Source of the DNA: Flavobacteriales bacterium
Lineage (GTDB): Bacteria; Bacteroidota; Bacteroidia; Flavobacteriales_F; PHOS-HE28
DNA: 64,000 bases
NCBI GenBank assembly: GCA_016703105.1
Contig: JADJCS010000020.1
Location: forward strand, 112,529 to 176,528
Reading direction: 5' to 3'
Under the pieces are notes generated by a model. That model was not told the origin of the DNA, ran no database searches, and saw only the letters and a list, made by a program, of their open reading frames with translations. Of this stretch, positions 48,193 to 57,862 are shown piece after piece. How positions within the stretch are numbered: position 1 is the first letter of the stretch; every line of letters starts with the position of its first letter. Position numbers and translations under genes: made by a program.

Positions 48193-48265
48193 TGGTGCCT
48201 CCCAGAATCGAACTGGGGACACATGGATTTTCAATCCATTGCTCTACCAGCTGAGCTAAGGCACC
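48193..48265 (-). tRNA. tRNA-Phe (anticodon GAA)
   Basis: The reverse complement is GGTGCCTTAGCTCAGCTGGTAGAGCAATGGATTGAAAATCCATGTGTCCCCAGTTCGATTCTGGGAGGCACCA. It has a 7-bp acceptor stem, a D-loop AGCTCAGCTGGTAGAGC, an anticodon loop TTGAAAA and a T-arm CCCAG-TTCGATT-CTGGG. CCA is not encoded. Confidence 0.93.
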
Positions 48266-48314
48266 CTCTGGTCCCGTTCCCCGAACATCTGCACGCGTTC
48301 CGGGATAAGGGCGG

Positions 48315-48322
48315 CAAAGATA
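48315..48322 (-). promoter_or_regulatory. candidate -7 promoter box (TATCTTTG on the minus strand) upstream of tRNA-Phe
   Basis: Plus strand CAAAGATA is the reverse complement of TAnnTTTG, 50 nt upstream of the tRNA 5' end. Confidence 0.3.
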
Positions 48323-48338
48323 GAAGAGTCCATCGATC

Positions 48339-49139
48339 ATGAAGTCCGACCCGATCGATCTCGTCCTCGATATCGGCAACAGTCGCAGCAAGCTGGCCCT
48401 GTTCCAAGGCTCGACCGTATTGCGCACCGGCATCTTGGAGCATCCTGACCCAGTGACCGTTCAAAGGTTCATCGACAGGGCTCCGGTGCGCGCGGTCGCG
48501 GTCGCGTCCGTGGGAGATACCGGTCCGGAACTGGTGGCGGCCCTGGCGCCGACTTTCCGAACGGTCCTTCTCACGGGACAGAGCCCCTCGCCCCTGAGGA
48601 TCTCCTACGAAACCCCGGAAACTCTCGGGGTGGATCGTTTGGCGAACGCGGTAGCTGCGGCCAGCATGTTCCCGGGCAGATCCGTATTAGTGGTCGATAT
48701 CGGCACTTGTATCACGTACGATCTGGTAACCGTCCAGAACGGGTTCGAAGGTGGCCTCATCAGCCCCGGGCCCTACATGCGCGCCCAGGCGATGCATGCC
48801 TATAGCGCGCGCCTACCCTTGATCGACCCAGTGACCGACGGGCCGCTGATCGGTCGTTCCACGAGGGCTTCCTTGAGCGCGGGCGTGTTCCATGGCATCC
48901 GCTACGAGATCGAGGGCGTGGTCCACGACCTGAGACAACAAGCGGGCGACCTGGCCGTTGTGCTGACCGGCGGTGGCGCCTTGCCCAGCATAGCGGCCCT
49001 CAAAATCGGCATCTTTGCCGACCCGCTGCTGACCCTGCGCGGATCACATGTCCTCCTGCTGCACCAACTTAACGAAGCTCGCGGTGCGAGCCCTGCTCCC
49101 AGCGCTGGCCTGGCTCCCGGTCCACGCCCAGGAAAGTGA
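48339..49139 (+). CDS. coaX: type III pantothenate kinase
   Basis: DLVLDIGNSRSKLALF..., GVDRLAN and VVDIGTCITYD motifs. The C-terminal ~20 aa extend beyond the usual end and overlap the next gene. Confidence 0.88.
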   Translation: MKSDPIDLVLDIGNSRSKLALFQGSTVLRTGILEHPDPVTVQRFIDRAPVRAVAVASVGDTGPELVAALAPTFRTVLLTGQSPSPLRISYETPETLGVDRLANAVAAASMFPGRSVLVVDIGTCITYDLVTVQNGFEGGLISPGPYMRAQAMHAYSARLPLIDPVTDGPLIGRSTRASLSAGVFHGIRYEIEGVVHDLRQQAGDLAVVLTGGGALPSIAALKIGIFADPLLTLRGSHVLLLHQLNEARGASPAPSAGLAPGPRPGK

Positions 49140-50412
49140 CGATTCCCCTTACTCGGCATATGGGTTCGGCGATCTTCTTAACGCCAACCAAGTGGTCCAG
49201 GCCACCATGGGCGGTACTGGTGTGGCTACGGCCGATGCGTTCAGCGTTTCCAGTATCCAACCGGCGAGCTACGCCGGACTGGGCAAGACCACCTTTGAGT
49301 TCGGCGGGGTGGGCCGTTGGGTCGAGCTCAGTTCCTCGAGCCAGGAACAGGCCCGCCAGGCCGCACGGATCCTGGGTTTCAGCATCGGCGTCCCCTTCGG
49401 AAAGGGGAAGTATGGATTGGCACTGGGGCTCACCCCCTTGAGCGACGTGGGATATCTCATCACGGACCAGAACGCCCTTCCGGACGGACAGGCGATCGAC
49501 TACCGGTACGAGGGCAGCGGCGGATTGAACAAGGCTTTCTTTGGGGTCGGCGGGGTGCTCTGGCAGCGTCGCGATTCGCTTGGCAACGGCCATCGCCTCA
49601 CGGGAGGGGCGAACTTCAACTACCTCTTCGGCGGTATTGAACGGACCCGTAAGGCGGAATATCCTGGCGGCCAGAATTTTCTCAATACGCAAGCCTTCTC
49701 CTCGTTGATCCTACGCGGACCACTTGGCACCTTGGGGATACAGTATTTCGGCGATGTGCGGGAGCGAAGCGATCCGGACGACGATCCGCTCCGGTACGTG
49801 TTGGGAGCTTTCTTGGAACCCGCGATGCGCATCTCCGCCCGACTGGATGAACTGACCTCGACCTACACGCTGGGCAGTTCCGGGGTACAGTTCCCGCGTG
49901 ATACGGTAACGATCAGCGAAGGGGTCCGCGGGAACGTGACCATCCCCATGGCCTGGGGGATCGGGGTTGGTCTTACGAGCCCTGTTTGGAACGTATCAAT
50001 GGAAGTGAAACGAAGGGACTGGACCCGCTTGGTGGTCGATGTGGAGGGTTATGGCCTTCCTTCTGAAGTGCGCGCCGGCACTACGTACGCCCTGGGCGCG
50101 AACTGGACCCCCCTGGGTTCGCGCAATGGCTCTTTCCTCGGCCGCACCATTTACCGGATCGGCGCTCGCCACACCCGGGATTATCTCGTAGTGAAGGACC
50201 AGCAACTCGCCGAAACCGGCGTTAGCGCGGGGTTCTCCTTTCCTCTGTTGAACTCCATGACACGGTCCCGCTTCAACATCGGCGCAGAACTGGGCCAGCG
50301 CGGCACCACTGCGAACGGAGCCTTGCAAGAGCGCTTCGTGGATGTTTTTGTCGGGATCACCATCACCCCGGAGCTAAGGGAGAACTGGTTCCGCAAGCGC
50401 CGGATCGACTGA
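49048..50412 (+). CDS. predicted outer-membrane beta-barrel (porin-like) protein, unknown function
   Basis: Signal MSSCCTNLTKLAVRALLPALAWLPVHAQ. It has alternating beta-strand-like segments and sits in the conserved coaX-OMP-lptC position. Confidence 0.75.
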   Translation: MSSCCTNLTKLAVRALLPALAWLPVHAQESDDSPYSAYGFGDLLNANQVVQATMGGTGVATADAFSVSSIQPASYAGLGKTTFEFGGVGRWVELSSSSQEQARQAARILGFSIGVPFGKGKYGLALGLTPLSDVGYLITDQNALPDGQAIDYRYEGSGGLNKAFFGVGGVLWQRRDSLGNGHRLTGGANFNYLFGGIERTRKAEYPGGQNFLNTQAFSSLILRGPLGTLGIQYFGDVRERSDPDDDPLRYVLGAFLEPAMRISARLDELTSTYTLGSSGVQFPRDTVTISEGVRGNVTIPMAWGIGVGLTSPVWNVSMEVKRRDWTRLVVDVEGYGLPSEVRAGTTYALGANWTPLGSRNGSFLGRTIYRIGARHTRDYLVVKDQQLAETGVSAGFSFPLLNSMTRSRFNIGAELGQRGTTANGALQERFVDVFVGITITPELRENWFRKRRID

Positions 50413-50424
50413 TCTCTACTGGCG

Positions 50425-51012
50425 ATGGACGCTGGGTACGCACTTTCCCGCGCAGCCGGTGCTCTTGTGCTCTGCGCTTTGTCGCACGGCTGCAAGAACG
50501 ATCTCGATCATGTGGCCGCTGTGGAGGTACCGGCGGAAGCACCGGACCGGATCACTTCCAATGCGGAGTATTTCTACAGCGACAGCGGCCACTTGAGCAA
50601 CCGTCTTCGCAGTGGCCGCATCGCCGAGTACACCGCCAAGGGATCTCGCCGCACGGAATTGAGCGAAGGGATCGAGTTGACCTTCTATGACCGCACCGGT
50701 GCGGAAGGCAGCGTGCTCACCGCTCGGAACGGCACCATCCTGCCCGATCAGAAGCGTATGGTCGTTCGCGACCAAGTGGTCTTCGTGAACGCCAAGGGGG
50801 AACGATTGGAAACGGAGCAGTTGATCTGGAGCCAGGACAGTGCCAGGGTGCATACCGACCGCCCGGTCCGCATCGCCCGTGGGAGGGATATCATCCATGG
50901 TGTGGGGTTGGAGGCCAATGAGGATTTCAGCCGGTATACCATCCGGAAGATCACGGGCGAACTCTATGTAGACCCCGGAGATACCTTAGCGGGCGATGCG
51001 CAAGGTCCATAG
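50425..51012 (+). CDS. lptC: LPS export periplasmic protein LptC
   Basis: Lipoprotein-like N-terminus (LSHGCKN) and an OstA/LptC-like fold sequence (...VVFVNAKGERLETEQLIWSQDSARVHTDRPVRI...). Confidence 0.75.
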   Translation: MDAGYALSRAAGALVLCALSHGCKNDLDHVAAVEVPAEAPDRITSNAEYFYSDSGHLSNRLRSGRIAEYTAKGSRRTELSEGIELTFYDRTGAEGSVLTARNGTILPDQKRMVVRDQVVFVNAKGERLETEQLIWSQDSARVHTDRPVRIARGRDIIHGVGLEANEDFSRYTIRKITGELYVDPGDTLAGDAQGP

Positions 51013-51016
51013 GTTC

Positions 51017-51205
51017 ATGGAGCATTTCTGGCTCGCGGTAGCCATTGGCACCGCGCTGGCAGCATGCTGGTCCATTGTTGTGTACGGATGGAAGGAGGGC
51101 TCCCAATGGCTTTGGTTCCCAGTGATCGCCATGGGAATGTGGACCATGCGGCGCTTGGTACGGGGCAAGCTCGAGGCGATGGATGATCGCGCCCGCAAGG
51201 GTTGA
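51017..51205 (+). CDS. small two-TM membrane protein, unknown function
   Basis: MEHFWLAVAIGTALAACWSIVVYGW...WFPVIAMGMWTMRRLV. The ATG lies 4 nt after the lptC stop. Coding-like codon usage. Confidence 0.45.
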   Translation: MEHFWLAVAIGTALAACWSIVVYGWKEGSQWLWFPVIAMGMWTMRRLVRGKLEAMDDRARKG

Positions 51206-51235
51206 ACCGTTGCCGATGGTACGTCCGGCCCGCCC

Positions 51236-52513
51236 ATGACCTCCACCGAGATCGTCCTGCTGATCGCTTCGCTTGTCGTGGCCGCCCTCTGCTCCGGTCT
51301 GGAACTCGCTTTCGTGAGCAGCAACAAATTGTACATCCAATTGCAGCGCAAGCAAGGAGCCTGGTGGGCCCTGCTCGTCGCTGGCCTGCTCGAGCGACCC
51401 GGCCGGGTGCTGGGTACCTTGTTGGTCGGCAACAGCATCGCCTTGGTGGTCTTTGGGTTGTTGATGGCCCAGGCCCTGGCTCCCTGGTTGCACAGGATCC
51501 ACCCCAACGAGGTCTTCGTGTTGGTGGGCCAGGTGTTCATCTGCACCATGATAGTTCTGGTGGTCGCCGAGTTCCTTCCCAAGGTGCTCTTCCGCATCGA
51601 CCCGAACAGCGGTCTTGCGCACTTCGCGGTGCCTTTAAGGGTGCTCTACGCGCTTTTCTGGCCACCCATGATCGTGCTGAACGGCATTAGTGAAGGCCTG
51701 CTGCGTCTGCTCGGGGTAAAGGGCCCCACCAGACGGGCCGCGTTCGGCCGCATCGACCTGGATGAGTTCCTGCGCGAGATGAGCGAGAGCAGCGACCGCC
51801 CGGACGCCCTTGATGCCGAGGTGGAATACTTCCGCAACACCCTGGCCCTGAGCGCCACGAAGGTGCGTGAGCGAATGGTACCCCGCGCCGAGATCGAGGC
51901 CATGAACGTAGAGGAGACGGTGGGGGTGCTCCACCAACGCTTCGCCGAAAGTGGCTTGAGTAAAATGCTGGTCTACAAGGACAGCATCGACAATATCATC
52001 GGCTACGTGCATAGCTACGAGATGTTCCGCCGGCCCCGCACCATTCGGGCCCTTTTGCGGCCCGTGGATTTCATTCCCGGCACCATGCCTGTGGACCAGG
52101 CGCTCCAGATGTTCATCAAGCAGCGCACCCACGTGGCCGTGGTGGTGGATGAGTTCGGCGGCACCGCCGGATTGCTCACCATCGAGGATGTGGTGGAGAC
52201 CATCGTGGGCGAGATCGAGGATGAGCACGATAGCGGGGACGTGGTGGAGGAGCGCGTGGGCGAGCACGAGTTCCTGTTCAGCGGCCGGGTGGAGGTGGAG
52301 CACATCATCCAGACCTACCGCCTGGACCTGCCTGTCGCCGAGGAGTATGACACCCTGGCCGGCCTGTTGCTGCACCGGACGGGCGCCCTTCCGGAGCAGG
52401 GCGCGGTGATCGATCTCGGTCCCTTCCGCCTCACCGTCACCCAGGTCCTCCATAGCCGCATCGACCTGGTCCGGCTACAGGTAGTAGACCCCGAAAAGGG
52501 CTATTCCGCCTAA
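51236..52513 (+). CDS. DUF21-CBS-CorC/HlyC family protein (GldE-like)
   Basis: Four N-terminal TM helices, a CBS pair (VPRAEIEAMNV..., AVVVDEFGGTAGLLTIEDVVE) and a C-terminal CorC_HlyC domain. Confidence 0.85.
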   Translation: MTSTEIVLLIASLVVAALCSGLELAFVSSNKLYIQLQRKQGAWWALLVAGLLERPGRVLGTLLVGNSIALVVFGLLMAQALAPWLHRIHPNEVFVLVGQVFICTMIVLVVAEFLPKVLFRIDPNSGLAHFAVPLRVLYALFWPPMIVLNGISEGLLRLLGVKGPTRRAAFGRIDLDEFLREMSESSDRPDALDAEVEYFRNTLALSATKVRERMVPRAEIEAMNVEETVGVLHQRFAESGLSKMLVYKDSIDNIIGYVHSYEMFRRPRTIRALLRPVDFIPGTMPVDQALQMFIKQRTHVAVVVDEFGGTAGLLTIEDVVETIVGEIEDEHDSGDVVEERVGEHEFLFSGRVEVEHIIQTYRLDLPVAEEYDTLAGLLLHRTGALPEQGAVIDLGPFRLTVTQVLHSRIDLVRLQVVDPEKGYSA

Positions 52514-52525
52514 GGGTCAGGCTCC

Positions 52526-52533
52526 TATATTTG
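52526..52533 (+). promoter_or_regulatory. candidate -7 promoter box (TATATTTG)
   Basis: Exact TAnnTTTG, 24 nt upstream of ATG 52557. Confidence 0.45.
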
Positions 52534-52556
52534 CAGCCCTTTCAAAAGAACGACCT

Positions 52557-54641
52557 ATGGCAGTCATCGGCAAGATCCGTGAGCGCAGTGGCCTACTCCT
52601 CGTCCTGGTGGGTGGTGCCATGGCGGCCTTCATCCTCACGGACCTTTTCAGCAATCGTATCGGCGGTGGTGGCGACCAGAGCGTGGGAAGCATCGCCGGT
52701 GAAGAGATCGGCCTGGTGCCCTTCGAAAGCCGCGTAAGCGACGAGCTCGATAGCTACCGCAACGATTTCGGCCAGACCGTGGACGGCCAGATGACCGAAC
52801 AGGTACGCAACAGCGTGTGGCAGGAGATCGTGCGCGAGCATACCCTCCTGAAAGGTGCCCAGGAAGCCGGCTTCGGCATCACCCTGAGCAAGGAGGAGTA
52901 TGATGATATCCGCTTCGGGAACAACATCCTCACCGATTTCTCCAGCAACCCCAACTTCAAGGGACCGGACGGACAACCCAACAAAGAGGCACTGCGCAAC
53001 TATTTCGACAACGTGCAGACCAACGCCCCGGTCTACCACGAGATCCAGAAGCGGCGCATCATAGCCAACCGCATCATAAGCAAGTACAACACCCTGGTGA
53101 AGAAGAGCGTGTTCGTGAACAGCGCCCAGGTGAAGGACGACTACACCCAGCGCAACGCGAAGGCGACCTTCAACTTCGTGGCCAAGCGCTTCGACAGCGA
53201 GCCGGATAGCCTATACAGTGCCGGTGATCAGGACCTCCAGCGCTACTACGACGCCCACAAGGACGACAAGCGCTACGAGCAGAAGCCTTCGCGCGGGTTC
53301 GACTACGTGGTGTTCCCGGTCACGGCGACTGCGGCGGACATCGAGCAGATCCGAACCGACCTCGCCAATGTGAAAGCCGATTTCGAAACCACCACGAACG
53401 ATTCCCTCTTCGCCGTGTCCAATAGCGAGGACCGCACCTACAACGTGGCGCCCTATGCGCCCGGTACCGCCGATGTGGCGAACGACACGCTGATCCAGGC
53501 CGCTGCCGTGGGTTCGGTGGTGGGCCCCTTCCGCGAAGGCGAGAACTGGAAACTGGTGAAGGTGAAGGAGCTGGCGAAAGTGGAAGAGGCCCGTGTGCGC
53601 CACATCCTTCTGAGTACCCAGAGCGGTAAACCCGAGGACGAGGTGAAGCAACGTGCCGACAGCATCCTCGCCGTAGTGAAGCGCGACAAGAGCAAGTTCG
53701 AAGCGATGGTCACCAAGTACAGCGAGGATCCCGGCAGTGTCCAGAACGGCGGCGTGTACGAGTGGTTCGACCGCACCCGCATGGTGCCCGAGTTCACCGC
53801 TGCCAGTTTCGATGAGAAGGTGGGCGCCACCACGATAGCGAAGACCTCCTATGGCTTCCACATCGTGGAAGTGCTCGGGCAGCGCGACCGGGATGAACGC
53901 CGCGTGGTCACCGTTACACGCCGCATCAAACCTCTGCCCGCTACCTTCAAAGAGGTGTACAAGCAGGCCAACGAGTTCAGCTTGAACAATGCGGAACCGG
54001 ACAGCTTCAAGACCGGCGCTGAAGCGAAGGGTCTCCAGTTCATGAACGTGGACGAGTTGCGCAACGATCAGCGTTTCGTCCCTGGCTTGCAGGACCCGTT
54101 CACCCTGATCAGTTGGGTGAACCGCGCCGAAGTGGGCACGGTGAGCGAGCCCATCGAAGTGGGCGAGAGCTACGTGGTGGCCATGCTCCGCAAGATCCGT
54201 GAGCAAGGTCGCCCAGCACTGGAGGATGTCCGCACCATTTTCACCGCGGAGGTGATCAAGGAGAAGAAGGCGGAAGCCTACATGGCGAAAATGACCGGCA
54301 AGACCGATCTCAACGCGCTGGCCAGCGAACTCGGCGCCAGTGTGGAGAGCGCTTCCGAGATGGCCTTCAGTGTGAACGCCATCCCAGGTGGCTTCGCCGA
54401 GACCGAAGTGATCGGATCGATCTTCGCCATTCCCGCAGGGGAGACCCGCGGCCCCATTAAAGGTGACATGGGCGTGTATGTGGTGAGCATGACCTCCCTA
54501 ACCCCGTCGGCCGAACTCACCGACGTCGAGACCGAGCGCAAGACCTTGGAGCAGCGTATGCAAGGCCGCGCGGAGGGCACGCTCTTCACCGCCTTGCGCG
54601 AAGCCGCCAACGTGGTGGACGATCGCAGCAAGTACTACTGA
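52557..54641 (+). CDS. PpiD/SurA-like periplasmic peptidyl-prolyl isomerase (parvulin domain)
   Basis: N-terminal anchor MAVIGKIRERSGLLLVLVGGAMAAFIL. Parvulin core RVRHILL...YGFHIVEVL. 694 aa. Confidence 0.85.
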   Translation: MAVIGKIRERSGLLLVLVGGAMAAFILTDLFSNRIGGGGDQSVGSIAGEEIGLVPFESRVSDELDSYRNDFGQTVDGQMTEQVRNSVWQEIVREHTLLKGAQEAGFGITLSKEEYDDIRFGNNILTDFSSNPNFKGPDGQPNKEALRNYFDNVQTNAPVYHEIQKRRIIANRIISKYNTLVKKSVFVNSAQVKDDYTQRNAKATFNFVAKRFDSEPDSLYSAGDQDLQRYYDAHKDDKRYEQKPSRGFDYVVFPVTATAADIEQIRTDLANVKADFETTTNDSLFAVSNSEDRTYNVAPYAPGTADVANDTLIQAAAVGSVVGPFREGENWKLVKVKELAKVEEARVRHILLSTQSGKPEDEVKQRADSILAVVKRDKSKFEAMVTKYSEDPGSVQNGGVYEWFDRTRMVPEFTAASFDEKVGATTIAKTSYGFHIVEVLGQRDRDERRVVTVTRRIKPLPATFKEVYKQANEFSLNNAEPDSFKTGAEAKGLQFMNVDELRNDQRFVPGLQDPFTLISWVNRAEVGTVSEPIEVGESYVVAMLRKIREQGRPALEDVRTIFTAEVIKEKKAEAYMAKMTGKTDLNALASELGASVESASEMAFSVNAIPGGFAETEVIGSIFAIPAGETRGPIKGDMGVYVVSMTSLTPSAELTDVETERKTLEQRMQGRAEGTLFTALREAANVVDDRSKYY

Positions 54642-54660
54642 GCAGTATCGTATTCATTGG

Positions 54661-54684
54661 AAGGGCGGGCTTTGGCCCGCCCTT
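54661..54684. terminator. bidirectional hairpin terminator between convergent genes
   Basis: AAGGGCGGGC-TTTG-GCCCGCCCTT, a perfect 10-bp stem between the ppiD-like stop (54641) and the rodA stop (54690). Confidence 0.5.
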
Positions 54685-54689
54685 CGTGT

Positions 54690-56012
54690 TCACCGCAATT
54701 CCGTCAACCGCTCCGCGTCCATGCGCACCAGGATGCCGAGCAGGATGGTGAAGCCGATCAGCGAGCTGCCGCCATAGCTGAAGAAGGGGAGCGGGATGCC
54801 GATCACCGGTGCGAGGCCGATGGTCATGCCCACGTTGATCATGAGGTGCAGGAAGAAGACGCAGGCCACGCAATAGGCATAGATCCTGCTGAAGCGCGAT
54901 CGTTGCCGATCGCTGATCCATATGCAGCGTAGAATGAGCGCGGTGAACAGGGCCACCACGGTGGTGGTGCCGAGGAAGCCCCACTCCTCGCCCACGGTGC
55001 AGAAGATGAAATCGGTGCTTTGCATGGGCACGTACTTGTACTTGGTGAGCGTGCCTTCCAGGTAGCCCTTGCCGGCGAAGCCGCCACTGCCGATCGCCGT
55101 CTGGCTTTGCTTCACATTGTAGCCCAGGCCTTGTGGATCCTCCATCTGCCCGAGCATAACCAGGATCCGGTCTTGCTGGTGCTTGGCCAACCCGCTCACC
55201 AGGTAGTCCACGCTGCTGATGAACGCAACGCTGCCCAACAAGCCGAAGAGGATCAACCCATAGTAGCGTTTGCGGTAGCGGCGGATGATCAAGTTGCCCA
55301 CCACCCAGAACGAAACCAGCGCGAACACCGCGATCAAGCCCATGAGAAAGTACTGGCCGCCCACGACAATGTCCGTGAACGGGATGCCGAAGGTGCTTTC
55401 CTTCAGGATCAACGCGAGTACGCTGAGCACCGCTGCCAGGATGGCGATGAGCAGGATGTTGCCCGATAGTCCTTCCCGGTAGAGCACTAGGATGAAGGCA
55501 CCGGAGACGAGCGCGGTGCCCGTGTCAGGTTGCAGCATGATGAGGGCGACAGGCAAAAGGATGATCGCTGTGGCCACGGTGCGCGAACGCAGATCGGCCA
55601 ACGCCTTCAGTCCACTGAGATAGCGCGTAAGGGCCAGACTGGTGGCGAACTTGGCGAACTCCGCAGGCTGGATGCCGAAGCTGCCCACACCGAACCAGGC
55701 CTTCGCGCCGTTCACTTCCTTGCCCACGAGCAGTACTAATAATAAAAGCAACATCACCGCAGCGTAGATCACCCACGCCAGATCACGGAAGAAGCGGCCT
55801 TGAATGAGCATCAGTCCTGCGGCAAGCACCAGACTCGCGATGATCCACACGCTTTGCTTGCCGTACTCCATGCTCTGATCGAAGAGCCCTGGATGCGCCG
55901 GGTCGTAGGCTGCGGAATAGATGTTGGCCCATCCTGCCGCCATCAGCACCAGGTAGAGGATCACAAGCACCGGATCGAGCCGGGCGGTGATGCGGTCGCG
56001 TTCCGTGCTCAT
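54690..56012 (-). CDS. rodA: rod shape-determining protein RodA (SEDS family)
   Basis: FtsW/RodA/SpoVE family sequence with 10 TM helices and C-terminal GIPLPFFSYGGSS. Confidence 0.92.
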   Translation of the reverse strand: MSTERDRITARLDPVLVILYLVLMAAGWANIYSAAYDPAHPGLFDQSMEYGKQSVWIIASLVLAAGLMLIQGRFFRDLAWVIYAAVMLLLLLVLLVGKEVNGAKAWFGVGSFGIQPAEFAKFATSLALTRYLSGLKALADLRSRTVATAIILLPVALIMLQPDTGTALVSGAFILVLYREGLSGNILLIAILAAVLSVLALILKESTFGIPFTDIVVGGQYFLMGLIAVFALVSFWVVGNLIIRRYRKRYYGLILFGLLGSVAFISSVDYLVSGLAKHQQDRILVMLGQMEDPQGLGYNVKQSQTAIGSGGFAGKGYLEGTLTKYKYVPMQSTDFIFCTVGEEWGFLGTTTVVALFTALILRCIWISDRQRSRFSRIYAYCVACVFFLHLMINVGMTIGLAPVIGIPLPFFSYGGSSLIGFTILLGILVRMDAERLTELR

Positions 56013-57862
56013 CGGCGGCGACGCGGTGCTTTTGGTTTCTTGCGGTAGAACTTCTCCAGGGAGATCAGGTCGGTTTCGAGCATCTTCTTCTCCAGGTCCG
56101 GTCGGCTGATGCTATCCGTAAGGTATTGCTCCATCAACAGGCTGGCGATCGGTGCGGCCCAGGTGCCCCCGAAGCCGGAGTTCTCCACATACACCGCCAT
56201 GGCGATCTTGGGATCCTCCATCGGTGCGAAGCACACGAAGACAGCGTGGTCCTGGCCATGCGGGTTCTCCGCCGTGCCGGTCTTTCCGCACACAGTAATG
56301 TTCGGGATGCGTGCTTGCCGTGCGGTGCCCCCGGGTTCGTTCACTACGCGGCGCATCCCCTCTTGGATCAGGTCGTACCAATGCGTTCCCACGCCGGTGT
56401 AGTGCTGCTCGTTCCATTTGGTGAGCAGGCTATCCTGCTTCCCCACCGCACGCACCATGTGCGGGTCGCGGTACCAGCCTTTGTTCGCGAAGATGGCTGC
56501 GAGGTTGGCCATCTGCATGGGCACCACCAGCACTTCCCCCTGTCCAATGCTCAGACTGTAAATGGTGCTGAAAGCCCAGCTGTGCTTGCCGTAGATCTTA
56601 TCGTAGAACGCCGCGTTCGGGATGCTGCCGCCTTTCAGGGCCGGCAGGTCCACCTTGGGTTTCTGTCCAAGTCCGAAGGTGCGCATGCCTTCGTTCCAAT
56701 GGTCCAGATTGATGTTCGCTGCCACGAAACGATCGGAATGGTCGCCCTGCTCCATGAGGCGCTTGAAGACCATGTAGAAGTAAGGGTTGCACGAGTATTG
56801 GATCGCGCTCACGATGTTCCCCGCGTTCGGATGGTTGTGGCATCCCACCAGGCCCTTGTTGCAAGGGAAACCTGTGTTCGGGTTGATCACCGAATCCTCC
56901 AGCGCCAGGAGGGTTTGCACCAGTTTGTAGATGGACCCTGGCGGGTACTGTGCTTGCAGCGCGCGATCGAAGAGCGGCTTCAGCGTATCGCGTTGCAGGA
57001 TGCCGTAGTTGGTGTTCCGCACGCGGCCCACGAGCAGTTCGGGATCGTACCCGGGCGAGGTCACCAGGCACAGGATCTCGCCGGACTTGGGTTCGATGGC
57101 CACGATGCTGCCTTTCTTGCCTTTCAGAAGGCGTTCACCGTAGGCCTGCATCTCGGCATCGATGCTGGTATAGAGGTGCTTGCCTTCGTAGGCCAGCGTA
57201 TCGTAAAGGCCGTTCTTGTAGGGGCCTTGGATCTTGTTATGTACGTCCACCACCACGTACTTCACGCCGCGCTTGCCGCGCAGTTCGGGCTCATAGTAAG
57301 CCTCCAGACCACCCACGCCGATCACGTCACCGGGTTTGTAGTAGGGGTCCTGTTCCACCTTCTTCGCGTCCACCTCGCTGAGGTAACCGAGCATGTGCGC
57401 ACCGATGCGACGCGGGTAGGTGCGCAGGGTACGGCTCTGTCCATAGAACCCCGTGTACTTGTGCAGGTGGACCGCAATAGCCGCGTACTGGTCGGCCGTG
57501 ATCTGCTTTTCGAACACCGACGGCTTGTAGCTGCTGTATCGGCCGGCATCGCGCACGCGTTTCTTCACTTCGTCCGCCGACACGCCGATCAACCGGGCGA
57601 AGGCGACCGTATCGAAGGGTTGTACTTCGCGCGGCACCACCATGATGTCATACACGGGGGTATTGGCCACGAGCAGCTCGCCATTGCGGTCGAGGATCAA
57701 TCCACGCGCCGGGAACACGGTGATCTGCCGTTCGCTGATGTTCGCCGCCTCGGCCTTCCAGTGGCTGTCCACCACCTGCACCCAGAAGAGCCGCAGGATG
57801 AACACCGAACTGATCAGCAACACCGCTGCGATCAGGACGTATTTGCGTTCCTCGAAATTCAT
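56009..57862 (-). CDS. mrdA: penicillin-binding protein 2 (elongasome transpeptidase)
   Basis: PBP dimerisation domain plus transpeptidase motifs SxxK (SIYK), SxN and KTGT(A). 4-nt overlaps with the flanking genes. Confidence 0.92.
   Translation of the reverse strand: MNFEERKYVLIAAVLLISSVFILRLFWVQVVDSHWKAEAANISERQITVFPARGLILDRNGELLVANTPVYDIMVVPREVQPFDTVAFARLIGVSADEVKKRVRDAGRYSSYKPSVFEKQITADQYAAIAVHLHKYTGFYGQSRTLRTYPRRIGAHMLGYLSEVDAKKVEQDPYYKPGDVIGVGGLEAYYEPELRGKRGVKYVVVDVHNKIQGPYKNGLYDTLAYEGKHLYTSIDAEMQAYGERLLKGKKGSIVAIEPKSGEILCLVTSPGYDPELLVGRVRNTNYGILQRDTLKPLFDRALQAQYPPGSIYKLVQTLLALEDSVINPNTGFPCNKGLVGCHNHPNAGNIVSAIQYSCNPYFYMVFKRLMEQGDHSDRFVAANINLDHWNEGMRTFGLGQKPKVDLPALKGGSIPNAAFYDKIYGKHSWAFSTIYSLSIGQGEVLVVPMQMANLAAIFANKGWYRDPHMVRAVGKQDSLLTKWNEQHYTGVGTHWYDLIQEGMRRVVNEPGGTARQARIPNITVCGKTGTAENPHGQDHAVFVCFAPMEDPKIAMAVYVENSGFGGTWAAPIASLLMEQYLTDSISRPDLEKKMLETDLISLEKFYRKKPKAPRRRR

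Noticed and set aside
49048-49139. 92-nt overlap between the coaX 3' end and the downstream OMP gene. Could this be a hidden frameshift or dual coding?
   Set aside because: The coaX tail beyond ...LHQLNEA is Ala/Pro/Gly-rich read-on typical of a late stop in GC-rich DNA. The OMP ATG is followed by a good signal peptide, and there is no alternative in-frame start. There is no evidence for anything beyond a late stop codon.
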